Origin: an uncultured Acidimicrobiia bacterium
Lineage (GTDB): Bacteria; Actinomycetota; Acidimicrobiia; Spongiisociales; UBA5794
Assembly: GCA_963792405.1 (NCBI GenBank)
Contig: CAWBVU010000005.1
Location: forward strand, 288,815-352,814
Direction of reading: 5' to 3'
DNA: 64,000 nt
Numbering within the stretch: the first letter of the stretch is position 1; each line of letters opens with the position of its first letter. This document shows, piece by piece, positions 28,800 to 40,738 of this stretch. Below the pieces are notes generated by a model. That model searched no databases. It was not told the origin of the DNA and worked only from the letters and a program-made list of their open reading frames with translations. Both the position numbers and the translations under genes were made by a program.

Positions 28800-29954
28800 T
28801 CAGCCGAGGGCCTGGTCGAGATCGGAGATGAGGTCGTCGACGTGCTCGATGCCGACGCTCAGCCGCACGAGGTCCGGGGGCACCTCGAGGTCGGTGCCCT
28901 CGACCGACAGGTGTGTCATCGCCGCGGGGACCTCGATGAGCGATTCGACGCCGCCGAGGCTCTCCGCCAGGAAGAAGAGGCGGGTCGAAGTGACCACACT
29001 GTTCGCCGCCTCGACGCCACCTGCCGGTGTGAACGACACCATCCCGCCGAAGGCGGCCATCTGCCTCGAGGCCACGCCGTGGCCGGGGTCCGAGGCCAGC
29101 CCGGGGTACCAGACCCGATCGACACGTGGGTCGTCCGCGAGGAAGTTGGCGATCATCATGGCGTTCTCACAATGCCGCTGCATGCGCACGCCGAGGGTCT
29201 TGATCCCTCGAAGCACCAGGTAGCAGTCGAAGGGCCCTGGCACGGGCCCCGTCGCGTTCTGCAGGTAGCGCAGTCGTTCGAGGAGGTCCCCGTCATCGGT
29301 GACGATGACGCCGCCGATGGTGTCCGAGTGCCCACCGAGGTACTTGGTCGATGAGTGCACGACCATGTCCGCGCCGAGCTCCAGCGGCTGCTGGAGGAAC
29401 GGGGTGGCGAAGGTGTTGTCGACCGCGACCAGGGCGTCGACGCCGGCGGCGGCAGCAGCCACCGAAGCGATGTCGACGATCCGCAGCATCGGGTTGGTCG
29501 GCGTTTCGACCCAGACGAGGCGCGTGGTGTCCCTGAGCGCGGCATCCAGGGACTCGGCCGACGTCATGTCGGCCACCGACCATTCGATCCCGTGCTCGGA
29601 GAGGACCTTGGCGACCAGTCGGAAGGTGCCGCCGTACGCGTCATCGGGGAGGACGATGTGGTCACCGGGCGCGAGGAGGTAGCCGATCAGGCCGATCGCT
29701 GCGAGGCCCGATGCCGTCGCAACGGCGCCGCCCTCATCGCCGGGGAGGACGCCTTCGAGGGCGGCGACCTGCGCCTGGAGCGCGGTGCGGGTCGGATTGT
29801 CCGTCCGGGAGTACTCGTAGCCCTTGTGGACGCCCGGCGCCTGCTGTACGTACGTCGACGTGGCGTAGATCGGCACGACCGCCGCCCCGGTCGCAGGATC
29901 CGGGTCCTGCCCCGCGTGGATCGCAAGGGTCTCGAGCCTGTCCTCGCGGTTCAT
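28800..29954 (-). CDS. metB: cystathionine gamma-synthase/gamma-lyase
   Basis: YEYSRTDNPT, WVETPTNP, DNTFATP, HSSTKYLGGHSD, AESLGGVESL, RLSVGIE. Confidence 0.9.
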   Translation of the reverse strand: MNREDRLETLAIHAGQDPDPATGAAVVPIYATSTYVQQAPGVHKGYEYSRTDNPTRTALQAQVAALEGVLPGDEGGAVATASGLAAIGLIGYLLAPGDHIVLPDDAYGGTFRLVAKVLSEHGIEWSVADMTSAESLDAALRDTTRLVWVETPTNPMLRIVDIASVAAAAAGVDALVAVDNTFATPFLQQPLELGADMVVHSSTKYLGGHSDTIGGVIVTDDGDLLERLRYLQNATGPVPGPFDCYLVLRGIKTLGVRMQRHCENAMMIANFLADDPRVDRVWYPGLASDPGHGVASRQMAAFGGMVSFTPAGGVEAANSVVTSTRLFFLAESLGGVESLIEVPAAMTHLSVEGTDLEVPPDLVRLSVGIEHVDDLISDLDQALG

Positions 29955-29976
29955 CCCTCCTCCTTCTCGTCAGGCA

Positions 29977-30927
29977 TCAGACCTCGAAACCGTTCGCACG
30001 CATCCACTCGTCGTTGAAGATCTTGGAGAGGTAGTTGCGGCCCGAGTCGGGGAGGACCACGACGACGAGCTTGCCCGTGTCCTCCTCGGCGACCCTGAGG
30101 GCACCGGCGACGGCCATGCCGCACGACCCTCCCACGAGGAGCCCTTCCTCGATGGCGAGGCGCCTGGTCATGGCGAACGCCTCGGCGTCGTCGACCATCT
30201 CGTACCGATCGGTCAGGTCGGGGTCGTATGTCGACGGCCAGAAGTCCTCACCGACGCCCTCGATCAGGTAGGTGGCGACATCCTCGTCGGAGTCCGCCGT
30301 GTAGATCGAGCCCTCGGGGTCGACGCCCACCACCACGATCCCGGGGTTCATCGATTTGAGGTACCGGGCGGTCCCCGAGATGGTGCCACCGGTGCCGACG
30401 CCCGCGACGAACACGTCGATCGTCCCATCGGTCTGGCGCCAGATCTCGGGACCTGTCGACTCGACGTGGGCCTGGGGATTGGCAGGGTTCGAGTACTGGT
30501 CGGGCCGGTAGTGGCCCGGACGCTGGGCGAGCTCGTTCGCAACGGAGTAGTACGACCGGGGATCATCCGGTGCGACGTCCGTCGGGCACAGGACCACCTC
30601 GGCACCGTACGCCTTCAGGAGGTCCTGCTTCTCCTTGGACTGCTTGTCCTGCATCACGCAGATGAGCTTGTACCCGCGAATGGCGGCGATCATCGCGAGG
30701 CCGACACCGGTGTTGCCGGAGGTCGGCTCGACGATCGTGTCACCGGGCGCGAGCCATCCGTTCGCCTCGGCGCGTTCGATCATGCCGAGGCCGATGCGGT
30801 CCTTGATCGATCCACCGGGATTCATGTACTCGACCTTCGCCACGAGGTTCCCCGGCGGGTGGAGGCGTGACAGGCGAACGAGGGGCGTGTCCCCGATCGC
30901 TTCGACGATGTTCTCGCGGATGTCCAT
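29977..30927 (-). CDS. cbs: cystathionine beta-synthase-like PLP enzyme without CBS domains
   Basis: NPGGSIKDR, EPTSGNTG, DQYSNPANP, GVGTGGT, YLSKIFNDEWM; co-oriented with metB. Confidence 0.8.
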   Translation of the reverse strand: MDIRENIVEAIGDTPLVRLSRLHPPGNLVAKVEYMNPGGSIKDRIGLGMIERAEANGWLAPGDTIVEPTSGNTGVGLAMIAAIRGYKLICVMQDKQSKEKQDLLKAYGAEVVLCPTDVAPDDPRSYYSVANELAQRPGHYRPDQYSNPANPQAHVESTGPEIWRQTDGTIDVFVAGVGTGGTISGTARYLKSMNPGIVVVGVDPEGSIYTADSDEDVATYLIEGVGEDFWPSTYDPDLTDRYEMVDDAEAFAMTRRLAIEEGLLVGGSCGMAVAGALRVAEEDTGKLVVVVLPDSGRNYLSKIFNDEWMRANGFEV

Positions 30928-31017
30928 GGGGCGAGGCTAGGAGCCCTGTCGTCCGTGCGTCGGCGGACGTCGGACCAGGGAGATTCCGTCATGCCCCACC
31001 GGTATCGTTCCCGCCTG

Positions 31018-31943
<926 letters not shown>

Positions 31944-31944
<1 letters not shown>

Positions 31945-32720
31945 TGGCGACGCCGCTGTCCCTCCGCGTGTTCGAAGCAGAGGCGAGGGTCTATCGCCGC
32001 ACCTGGCGCGGATCCGTGTTCTCCAGCTTCCTCAACCCCGTCCTCTACCTGCTGGCAATGGGGGTGGGGCTCGGGTCGCTGGTCAACGCGAACGCCCCCA
32101 CGGACCTCGAAGGGGTGACCTACCTCACGTTCCTCGCACCGGGCCTGCTCGTCGGCACCGCGATGCAGACGGGTGCGGGGGAGGGCTCGTGGAAGGTGAT
32201 GGTGGGCATCAAGTGGCAGCAGTCATGGAAGGCGAGGTTGGCGACACCGATCGACGTGCCGGGCCTGCTCTACGGCCACCTGCTCTGGTCCTCCTTCAGG
32301 GTGCTGCTGGTGTCCGTGATCTTCGCTGCCGTGATGTCGGCGTTCCGCGTGGCGCCCGTGCTCGAGTCGCTCCTGGCCGTCGGGCCCGCACTGCTGGTCG
32401 GTATGGCGATGGCGTCGGTGACGACGGCGTTCACGGTCCACCTCGAGGAAGCCACGGGACTTCCCCTCTTCTTCCGGTTCGTCGTGATCCCCATGTTCCT
32501 GTTCTCGGGTGCCTTCTTCCCCATCACCCAGCTGCCGGGTTGGCTCCAGCCGGTCGCCCTCGTCACGCCCATGTACCACGGGGTCGAGATGGCGAGGGCC
32601 ATCGTCGTCGGCACGGAACCCGCCGTCGCCCCTTGGGTGTCGATCACCTACCTCATCTCGTGGGTGGCGGTCGGCATCGTCATCGCCCTGCGACCGATGC
32701 GAAAGCGCATGAAGCCATGA
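31944..32720 (+). CDS. ABC-2 exporter permease
   Basis: YLTFLAPG, PMFLFSGAFFP, six TM helices. Confidence 0.9.
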
Positions 32721-33520
32721 CGTCGGGCACACTCACGACCAGGGTCGTGCCCCCGCTGCGTCGCAGGTGGCGGGGCCAGTACCTCCTCGAGCGCAACGCC
32801 CGTGCCACGAAGTCGTTCTGGCCGGTCCTGCTGTCCGGCTTCTTCGAACCCGTCTTCTACCTGTTCGCCATCGGCGTGGGCGTGGGCGAGCTCGTCGGTG
32901 ACGTCACGGTCGCGGGCGTCACGGTGACCTACACGGCGTTCGTCGCTCCTGCGATGCTCGCATCGTCCGCGATGAACGGGGCCGTGTTCGAGTCCACGAA
33001 CATCTTCTTCAAGCTCAAGTACGGCAAGATCTACGACAACGCCCTCGCCACACCCGTCGAGCCGATCGACGTGGCGTCGGGGGAGATCGGATGGACGCTG
33101 GCGAGGGGCGCCGCCTACTCGCTCGCCTTCCTGCTCGTGATGGCGGTCATGGGGCTCGTCGAGTCCTGGTGGGGGATCCTGGCGTTCCCCGCGACGATCC
33201 TGATCGGGTTCGCCTTCGGTGCGGTGGCAACCGCTGGCGTGACGTACATGCGCACGTGGCAGGACCTCGACCTCGTCTCGCTCATCACCCTGCCGATGTT
33301 CCTGTTCTCCGCCACCCTGTATCCGCTCGACGTGTATCCACCGTTCTTCCAGGCCGTGACGTGGTTCTCACCGCTGTACCAGAGTGTGGTGCTCGTCCGC
33401 GGCCTCACCCTCGGCGTGCTCGGCTGGGAGATGCTCGTGGCGGTCGTGTACCTCGTGGCGATGGGAGCGATCGGCTCGTGGATCACGGCACGCAGGATCG
33501 GCCAACTCCTCCGTACCTGA
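32717..33520 (+). CDS. ABC-2 exporter permease
   Basis: SGFFEPVFYL, YTAFVAPAM, PMFLFSATLYP. Confidence 0.9.
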   Translation: MTSGTLTTRVVPPLRRRWRGQYLLERNARATKSFWPVLLSGFFEPVFYLFAIGVGVGELVGDVTVAGVTVTYTAFVAPAMLASSAMNGAVFESTNIFFKLKYGKIYDNALATPVEPIDVASGEIGWTLARGAAYSLAFLLVMAVMGLVESWWGILAFPATILIGFAFGAVATAGVTYMRTWQDLDLVSLITLPMFLFSATLYPLDVYPPFFQAVTWFSPLYQSVVLVRGLTLGVLGWEMLVAVVYLVAMGAIGSWITARRIGQLLRT

Positions 33521-33568
33521 GGCAGGCACGACGTCGTGTGGGGCCAGCTTCGGGTGTGCGAGAAACTC

Positions 33569-33598
33569 GTACCCTCCCCCCCGGGGGTGGGGTATACT
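33569..33598 (+). promoter_or_regulatory. CsoR-type C-tract/G-tract operator overlapping a TATACT -10
   Basis: GTACCCTCCCCCCCGGGGGTGGGGTATACT immediately upstream of leaderless csoR. Confidence 0.8.
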
Positions 33599-33605
33599 CC
33601 CAGCC

Positions 33606-33887
33606 ATGAAGCCCGAGCACAAGACCTCCGCCCTCAACCGGTTGAAGACCGTCCGGGGCCACATGGATGCCGTCATCCGGATGGTGGAGGAGGAGCAGTA
33701 CTGCCCCGACATCATGAAGCAGGTCTCCGCATTGGAGGGCTCGCTCGAAGGGGTCAATCGAGTCCTCCTCCAGAACCACATCGAGACGTGCGTCCTCGAG
33801 CACGTCAAGGAGGGCCGGTCCGAGCAGGTGGTGGATGAGTTGATGGAGACCCTGCGGTACACCCCCGCGACGAAAGGACGATCATGA
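33606..33887 (+). CDS. csoR: CsoR-family copper-sensing repressor
   Basis: RLKTVRGH, YCPDIMKQ, HIETCV (Cys-His-Cys ligands). Confidence 0.9.
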   Translation: MKPEHKTSALNRLKTVRGHMDAVIRMVEEEQYCPDIMKQVSALEGSLEGVNRVLLQNHIETCVLEHVKEGRSEQVVDELMETLRYTPATKGRS

Positions 33888-34096
33888 CGACGAATGTGAA
33901 GCTCTCCGTACCCGACATCTCGTGCGGGCATTGCAAGTCCTCGATCGAGGGCGCCGTGGCCCCGATGGAGGGAGTGGCCTCCGCCGAGGTCACGATCGAC
34001 GACCGCACCGTGGATGTCGCTTTCGATGAGGCCGTCGTCGACCTCGACGCCATCATCACGGCGATCGAGGACCAGGGCTACGACGTCGCCCGCTGA
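33884..34096 (+). CDS. copZ: copper chaperone
   Basis: DISCGHC HMA motif, IEDQGYDV. Confidence 0.92.
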   Translation: MTTNVKLSVPDISCGHCKSSIEGAVAPMEGVASAEVTIDDRTVDVAFDEAVVDLDAIITAIEDQGYDVAR

Positions 34097-34165
34097 CCCG
34101 ATGCGTTCCTGCGTACGCGGGTTCCTCCACGGGGAACCGAGCCAGGCAGGCATGGAAGGACGCTG

Positions 34166-36358
34166 ATGACCGACACCATCCGATTCGATGTCGAGGGCAT
34201 GACGTGTGCGTCGTGCGCCGTGAGAATCGAGCGCGTCCTCGGCAAGCAGGACGGCGTCGAGTCCGCCGTCGTGAACTTCGCGGGCCAGGAGGCCAGGGCC
34301 ACCGTCGGCACGACCGCCGACATCGAGGCGCTGCGCGCCGCGGTCGAGAAGATCGGCTACCACATCTCGGTGATCGATCCCGACGACGACCGAAGGTCCA
34401 TCACCGAGCGGTACGACGCCGAGGCCCGCTCCCAGCTGAGGCTGGTGATCGGCGCCGCGGCGCTGTCGATCCCCGTGATGATCCTCGCCATGGTCGGACC
34501 GGACACGATGTGGAACCCATGGGTCCAATTCGCCCTCACCACGATCGTCGTGTGGGTCTTCGGCTGGCAGTTCCAGGCTGCCGCGTGGAAGCAGATCACG
34601 TCGCGCTCCCCCGCCATGGACACGCTCATCTCGGTCGGCACGGTGACCGCGTGGGGCTACTCGACCTGGGTGCTCGTGGCGGAGGGGTCCGCAGCGATCA
34701 TGGGCTCGGGTCACTCCGACTCGTCAGGCACCTTCATCTTCTTCGAGAGCGCCGCGATGATCATCACGCTGATCCTCCTCGGCAGGTACTTCGAGGCGAG
34801 GGCGAAGGGGCAGGCGAGCAACGCCATCGCGAAGCTCGCGGAGCTCGGCGCCAAGCAGGCCCGCGTCGTCCGCGACGGCGTCGAGATCCTCGTGGACCCC
34901 ATGGAGTTGGCACCGGGCAACACCGTCATCGTGCTGCCAGGTGAGAAGATCCCTGCGGACGGCACGGTGACATCGGGGCGCTCGAACGTCGACGAGTCGA
35001 TGCTCACCGGTGAGAGCGCACCTGTGGACAAGGACCCGGGGTCCCGGGTGTTCGCTGCCACCGTCAACCAGCAGGGGCGACTGGAGATCGAGGTCGAGTT
35101 CGTCGGGCCCAACACGGCACTGAGCCAGATCATGCGCCTCGTCGAGGAGGCCCAGGCGACCAAGGCCCCAATCCAGAAGCTCGCCGACCGGGTGTCGGGA
35201 GTCTTCGTACCTGCGGTCATCGTCGTCGCAACGCTCGTATTCGCCGGATGGGCCATCCTCGGAGGGGACGCCGGCGCAGCGGTCCGCAATGCGGTTGCGG
35301 TGCTCATCATCGCGTGCCCGTGCGCCCTCGGCCTCGCCACACCCACGGCCATCATGGTGGGATCGGGCAGGGGCGCCGAGCTCGGGATCCTCTTCAAGAA
35401 CGCAGAGGTGTTCGAGCGGGCGAACGACATCGACACGGTGATGTTCGACAAGACCGGGACCCTCACCCGAGGAGCGATGACCCTCGTCGCCGCCGACACC
35501 GACGGCGATGAGGAGCACCTCCTGCGGATGGTCGCATCGCTGGAGTCCGGTTCCGAGCACCCGATCGCACGGGCGGTCGTCCTCGGCGCGGAAGAGCGCG
35601 ACATCGACCTCCTCCCTGTCACGGACTTCCGAGCGGTCGAGGGCAAGGGAGGCACCGGGGAGGTCGACGGCCACGTGGTCGTCGCGGGCCGTCCTGCGCT
35701 GTTCGCAGAGCTCGGCATGGATCTCGATGGATGGATGGACCGCTTCGAGACCGCAGCTGCGGCGGGGCACACCACGTTCCTCGTCGGATGGGACGGCCGA
35801 GCCCAGGGCGTCGTCAGCGTCGCCGACTCGGTGCGCCCGTCGTCCGCCGGGGCCGTCGCGGCCCTGCGGAGCAGGGGCATCTCGACGGCGATGGTCACGG
35901 GCGACTCCCGCAGGAGTGCCGAGAGGATCGCTGCCGAGACGGGCATCGACACCGTGACCGCCGAGGTCCTCCCCGGCGAGAAGTCCGCCGCGGTCGAGGA
36001 GCTCCAACGTGAGGGCAGGGTCGTGGCCTTCGTCGGGGACGGCATCAACGACGCACCCGCCCTCACCGTCGCGGACCTCGGCATGGCGGTGGGGTCGGGA
36101 ACCGACGTGGCCATCGAGGCAGGCGACGTGGTCCTCATGACCGGCGACCCGATGACCGCGGTCACCGCCGTCACCCTGGCGAGGCGCACCTTCCACATCA
36201 TCCGCCAGAACCTCGGCTGGGCGTTCGGCTACAACACCGCCGCGATCCCGCTTGCCGCACTCGGATTCCTGAACCCCATGATCGCCGCCGCCGCCATGGC
36301 CTTCTCCTCCGTCAGCGTCGTCACCAACTCGCTGCGCCTGCGCCGATTCGAGCCCTGA
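34166..36358 (+). CDS. copA: Cu(I)-translocating P1B-type ATPase
   Basis: GMTCASC, TGES, CPC, DKTGT, SEHP, GDGIND, YN and MAFSS motifs. Confidence 0.95.
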   Translation: MTDTIRFDVEGMTCASCAVRIERVLGKQDGVESAVVNFAGQEARATVGTTADIEALRAAVEKIGYHISVIDPDDDRRSITERYDAEARSQLRLVIGAAALSIPVMILAMVGPDTMWNPWVQFALTTIVVWVFGWQFQAAAWKQITSRSPAMDTLISVGTVTAWGYSTWVLVAEGSAAIMGSGHSDSSGTFIFFESAAMIITLILLGRYFEARAKGQASNAIAKLAELGAKQARVVRDGVEILVDPMELAPGNTVIVLPGEKIPADGTVTSGRSNVDESMLTGESAPVDKDPGSRVFAATVNQQGRLEIEVEFVGPNTALSQIMRLVEEAQATKAPIQKLADRVSGVFVPAVIVVATLVFAGWAILGGDAGAAVRNAVAVLIIACPCALGLATPTAIMVGSGRGAELGILFKNAEVFERANDIDTVMFDKTGTLTRGAMTLVAADTDGDEEHLLRMVASLESGSEHPIARAVVLGAEERDIDLLPVTDFRAVEGKGGTGEVDGHVVVAGRPALFAELGMDLDGWMDRFETAAAAGHTTFLVGWDGRAQGVVSVADSVRPSSAGAVAALRSRGISTAMVTGDSRRSAERIAAETGIDTVTAEVLPGEKSAAVEELQREGRVVAFVGDGINDAPALTVADLGMAVGSGTDVAIEAGDVVLMTGDPMTAVTAVTLARRTFHIIRQNLGWAFGYNTAAIPLAALGFLNPMIAAAAMAFSSVSVVTNSLRLRRFEP

Positions 36359-36410
36359 CGCACCCCCGTCCGTTCGGCTGGCCCGGCGGCGACCGGATAC
36401 ACTGCCGCGC

Positions 36411-37058
36411 ATGCAAGGAGACATCATCCTCGTCGGCGAGGAGCACGAGCGAGCCGCCGAGCGCATCATCGAACGGATCCTCCCGACCATCCGAGAGACG
36501 CCTCGCCGCTACACGATCACCGTGGCGGGCGAGTCGGGGAGCGGAAAGTCAGAGACGGGACAGGCACTGGCCGAGGCACTCGAGCGACGCGGCGTCCGTG
36601 CCGTGGTGCTCCAGCAGGACGACTACTACGTCCTCCCGCCCCGCTTCAACGACGCCGCCCGCAGGGCGAACTTCTCATGGGTCGGCACGACCGAGGTGCG
36701 CCTCGACCTCCTCGACGGGCACCTCGCCGCAGCCCAGCGCGGGGACGCTGCGATCATCAAGCCGCTCGTCATCTACGCCGACAACCGGATCGACGAGGAG
36801 ACCGTGTCCCTCGAGGGTGCTGACGTCGTCATCGCCGAGGGCGTGTACACCTCCCTGTGTGACCACGTCGACTGCAGGGTCTTCATCGACCGCAACCGCC
36901 TCGAGACCCTCGAGCACCGGATGAAGCGCGGGCGGGAGGAGTTCGATCCCTTCATCGAGGAGGTCCTCACCGCCGAGCACGAGATCATCCGCCAACATCG
37001 GCCCCGCGCCGACGTGATCATCACCCGGGAGTACGACGTCGAGTTCGTGTCGGTGTGA
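36411..37058 (+). CDS. P-loop kinase of the uridine kinase/PRK family, substrate unknown
   Basis: TVAGESGSGKS, QDDYY, VIAEG, RADVII; leaderless TACACT -10. Confidence 0.8.
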   Translation: MQGDIILVGEEHERAAERIIERILPTIRETPRRYTITVAGESGSGKSETGQALAEALERRGVRAVVLQQDDYYVLPPRFNDAARRANFSWVGTTEVRLDLLDGHLAAAQRGDAAIIKPLVIYADNRIDEETVSLEGADVVIAEGVYTSLCDHVDCRVFIDRNRLETLEHRMKRGREEFDPFIEEVLTAEHEIIRQHRPRADVIITREYDVEFVSV

Positions 37059-39128
37059 ACGGCGACGGCATCCCCGGCATCGACGCCTACACGTCAGGTG
37101 CCGCCTCGTTCCTCGTCGGACTGAGGCCACAGGATGCCCTCGAGCTCCCACTGCCGACCGTCCTCGACATCCTGCGACGACGGTTCGGCGCCGCCATCGA
37201 CGTCGCGATGTCGGACGAGGCGACCGACCTCTCACGGCCCCTGTCGGAACTCCCCACGGCCGTGCGGTCACCGAGGGCGCACGAGCCGGACTCGAGCTGG
37301 ATGCGGCGCACCAACATGGTCGGGGTCAACGTCCGTACCGTCGGCGACTACGCGGGTGTCGTCAAGTATGCCCTGACCCTGCCGTCGTCGACGGACTCGC
37401 TCCAGCTCCTCCCGATATGGGAGCCCGGTGTCGTCGAGAGCCTCTACGGGATCGCGGGGTGGAACCTCAACACCGAGTACTTCTCCGACGAGATGTACGA
37501 GGAGGCGCCGCATCTGGACTCGGTGGGGCGCCAGCTCCGCGCCGTGTCGAATCTGCTCGCACGCGATGGGCAGGACGATCGGGATGGACGTCATCCCCCA
37601 CACCGACCGGTTCTCGGAGGCAGCGCTGGGGATGCCGGACCTGTTCGAGTGGATGCGGGTCGTCGGTCGTGAGATCGTCGACCAGTCGCCGTCGCTGACG
37701 ACCGTCGTGGAGCGCACCATCCACGAGTGGCTGATGCGGCGCGGCCCCGCCATGGCGGGACGGCCGGTTCCCGCCACACCCGCCCAGCTCTTCTCGATGC
37801 CCGAACCCGCACGCATCGCCGTGCTCTTCGGCGATCCGGGGGACCTGCACGGTCGCATCGCCCGCCGGATCGACCTCATCAAGCGACTCAAGCACGACGG
37901 TCTCGAGCCCGTCCCCGCCACGATGGGCGTGCCGTTCCGGGGCCTCGCCGTGGATCCGGATCCGACCCACACCGTCACCGACGAGCACGGGTTGTCGTGG
38001 CCAGACTTCGTGATCACGCGTCCGGAGTCCATGTCGAGGGTGTTCTCGCCGCTCGCCAGGTTCAAGCTGTACGAACGCCTGAACGACAACGCCGAGTGGG
38101 AGATCGACTTCGATCGCCCGCGCCGCCACGTGTGGGACTACGTGTGCCGCCACTACGCCGAGACCCGCCACATCGGGAACTTCGACTTCATGCGGGGCGA
38201 CATGTCCCACGTGCAGATGCGGCCGGACGGCGTCCCACCCGTCGTCGACGAGTTCTACGACATCCTCGCCGCGGTGAAGCTCCATATCCAGAGGACGGCG
38301 GATGCGCCGTGGTTCGCCTACTTCGCAGAGACGTTCCTCCCGGCGAGGGACGTCTTCCAATACGGTGAGGAGCTCGACCACCTCGAGGCATCGCTCGCGG
38401 ATGCGACCCTCGGAGACCTCCAGTCGACGGTCGTGGGCAGCCCCGAGTACCTGCAGCGATTCCGCCGCTACCTCGACGACCTCGCCACCCGCCGCGTGGC
38501 GCCGACCTACACGATGATGACCGCCGACAAGGACGACCCGAGATTCGACGGCTTCTACCGCGTCGGGAACGAGGCCAGGGTGTTCACGGGGCTGTTCCTC
38601 CCCGACATGCCGTCGTACATGGGCCTCGGATTCGAGATCCGCGACGTCCATGACGAAGCGGTGGAGAACGAGCGCTACACGAAGCTCTTCGTCTTCCGAG
38701 AGCGCGGTGACTCCAACGTGTATCCATCCAAGGCCAGGTTCGGCGAGCGGTACATCTGGGGCGAGAACGACGAGCTGCACACTCGCCTCACGGCCCTGTG
38801 GGTGTATGCAGGGGAGGTGCTGCCCTCGATCGTCGGGAGCGCCACCCGGTGGCTGCTCCCGCCCGATGCCACCGGCCTGCGGGGCACCGCTGCGTGGACC
38901 CAGGCAGGACCGGATCCCTCGTTCGTGTTCGTCGTCAACTACGACGGCGACGAGGGCTCCGGCTACTTCGGCATCCCGGACCTCTCCCCCGACGTCAACC
39001 TCGAATGGACGTACTCGACCCTCCTCGGCCCGGTCGGGGACCAGCCGCCGATCTCCTCCAACGGCTTCTTCCACCGCATCGAGGGCCTCGACCCCGGGGA
39101 GGGCAGGGTCTACGCGATCGGCCGGTAG
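37055..39128 (+). CDS. divergent GH13 (alpha-amylase)-like protein, ~690 aa, frameshift near 37560
   Basis: Joined frames give LLPIWEPG, MDVIPHT, FDFMRGDMSH, YFAETF, TADKDD, resembling GH13 conserved regions; GTGA overlap with kinase. Confidence 0.65.
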
Positions 39129-39137
39129 GGTGCCCAC

Positions 39138-39323
39138 ATGGCTGGAGGCAACGAGGATCGTACGACCATCGCGATCGGTGCCGGGGTCGCGATCGGTGCC
39201 GGGGTCGGGGCAGCGATGATGGCCGCGACGGGTGGCGCCTGGTGGATCGGCGTTGGCGTCGCGGTCGGGGCGGCCATCGGCGCAGGCATCGGGCAATCCC
39301 GAGGCAGGGACGACGAGGACTGA
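39138..39323 (+). CDS. small glycine-zipper membrane protein (61 aa)
   Basis: Two GxxxG-rich helices; 18-nt tandem repeat encoding AIGAGV; TAGGGT -10 six nt before ATG. Confidence 0.7.
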   Translation: MAGGNEDRTTIAIGAGVAIGAGVGAAMMAATGGAWWIGVGVAVGAAIGAGIGQSRGRDDED

Positions 39324-39350
39324 GGCGGCGACCCGGGCACGGAGCCGATG

Positions 39351-40010
39351 TCAGCCCTCCGGTGCGATCCCGAGCTCGTCCAGGAGGCCTCTGACCCGCG
39401 CGCCGATGTCGTCACGGATCGGTCGTACCTCGTCGAGGGGCCTTCCCGCGGGGTCCTCCAGCTCCCAGTCGACGTACCGCTTCCCAGGAAAGACGGGGCA
39501 GGCGTCCCCGCACCCCATGGTGACCACCACGTCGGCGGCCCTGATGATCTCGTCCGACCACGGCTGGGGGAGCTCGCCCGAGATGTCGATGCCGAGCTCC
39601 TCCATGGCGGCAACGGCAGCCGCGTTCACCTTCTCGGCCGGTTCGGATCCGCCCGAGTAGACGTCGACGGCGCCTCCGGAGAGGTGGCGCATCCACCCTG
39701 CCGCCATCTGCGACCGGCCCGCGTTGTGCACGCACAGGAACAGGACGCTGGGTGCGAGGTCGACGGCACTGCTCTCGATGCGCAGCAGCGCCCGGAGCCG
39801 ATCACGGGCGAAGCGCTCGGCCAGGAGCACCACCCACTCCCTCGTGCGTGCCCTCGCGAGGATCGTGTCCATGGAGTCGTTCATGAGCCGTTCGACGGTC
39901 TCGGCGTTGACACGGCCCTCGAACTCGCGCTGGAGCCTCACGGACGCCTGGTTGATCCGGAGCCTCTCCTCCGTCGTGAGTTCGGCGGTCGGCGTTGTCG
40001 GTGTGGTCAT
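39351..40010 (-). CDS. arsC: arsenate reductase (LMW-PTP fold) with N-terminal helical dimerisation domain
   Basis: FLCVHNAGRSQMA and MGCGDACP; ~85-aa helical N-terminal extension as in actinobacterial thioredoxin-linked ArsC1'. Confidence 0.9.
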   Translation of the reverse strand: MTTPTTPTAELTTEERLRINQASVRLQREFEGRVNAETVERLMNDSMDTILARARTREWVVLLAERFARDRLRALLRIESSAVDLAPSVLFLCVHNAGRSQMAAGWMRHLSGGAVDVYSGGSEPAEKVNAAAVAAMEELGIDISGELPQPWSDEIIRAADVVVTMGCGDACPVFPGKRYVDWELEDPAGRPLDEVRPIRDDIGARVRGLLDELGIAPEG

Positions 40011-40738
40011 GGGGCTGCCTCCTCGGCTGGCTCGTGGATGCGTGCGGGAACCGCTCGGTGGGTGTGGCTGCCGGTGGTGGTCGGCCTCGGGAACAGGAAC
40101 GAAGCCGCGTAGGCGGCGGCAACACCTGCCCCGAGCTGGGCGACGAGGAAACCTGCAGCAGACCCCGGGGCAATGCCGGTGTACGTGTCCGTCACCGTCC
40201 TCGCCAGCGTGACGGCGGGGTTGGCGAATCCCGTCGAGACCGTGGCGAACACGATCGCCGTCACCCATGCACCGACGACGGGAGCCACGGCCGCGCTGCG
40301 CCGGCTCCTCACGAGCCCCAGGATGAGCAGGACGAGGACGAAGGTCGCGACGAACTCGGCGGCGAGCTGCCCAGCTCCTGCGCGCTCTGTCATCGACACG
40401 GCGAGGATCGGATTGCCGAACGTGGCATGGGCGAGGCCCACGCCGACGACCGCTCCCGCGACCTGGGCTCCCGCATAGGTCAGTGCCGTCACGACGCCCA
40501 CGGATCCGTCGAGGGCGAAGCCCAGGCTCACGGAGGGGTTGAAGTGGGCCCCGGACACGGGAGCCAGGAACGCGATGAGGGCTGCGAGCCCTGCGCCGAC
40601 GACGACGGCGTGCGCAAACAGCGCGAGCACGCCATCGCCCTGGGCGCCATCGGCCACGATGCCGCTGCCCACGATGATGAAGAGCAGCAACCCCGTGCCG
40701 AGGGACTCGGCGAAGAGGGCTCGTGGTTCGATGGTCAC
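40007..40738 (-). CDS. aquaporin/MIP family channel (probable arsenite channel)
   Basis: SGAHFNPSV and FANPAVTLAR loops; located inside the ars operon. Confidence 0.9.
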   Translation of the reverse strand: MTIEPRALFAESLGTGLLLFIIVGSGIVADGAQGDGVLALFAHAVVVGAGLAALIAFLAPVSGAHFNPSVSLGFALDGSVGVVTALTYAGAQVAGAVVGVGLAHATFGNPILAVSMTERAGAGQLAAEFVATFVLVLLILGLVRSRRSAAVAPVVGAWVTAIVFATVSTGFANPAVTLARTVTDTYTGIAPGSAAGFLVAQLGAGVAAAYAASFLFPRPTTTGSHTHRAVPARIHEPAEEAAP

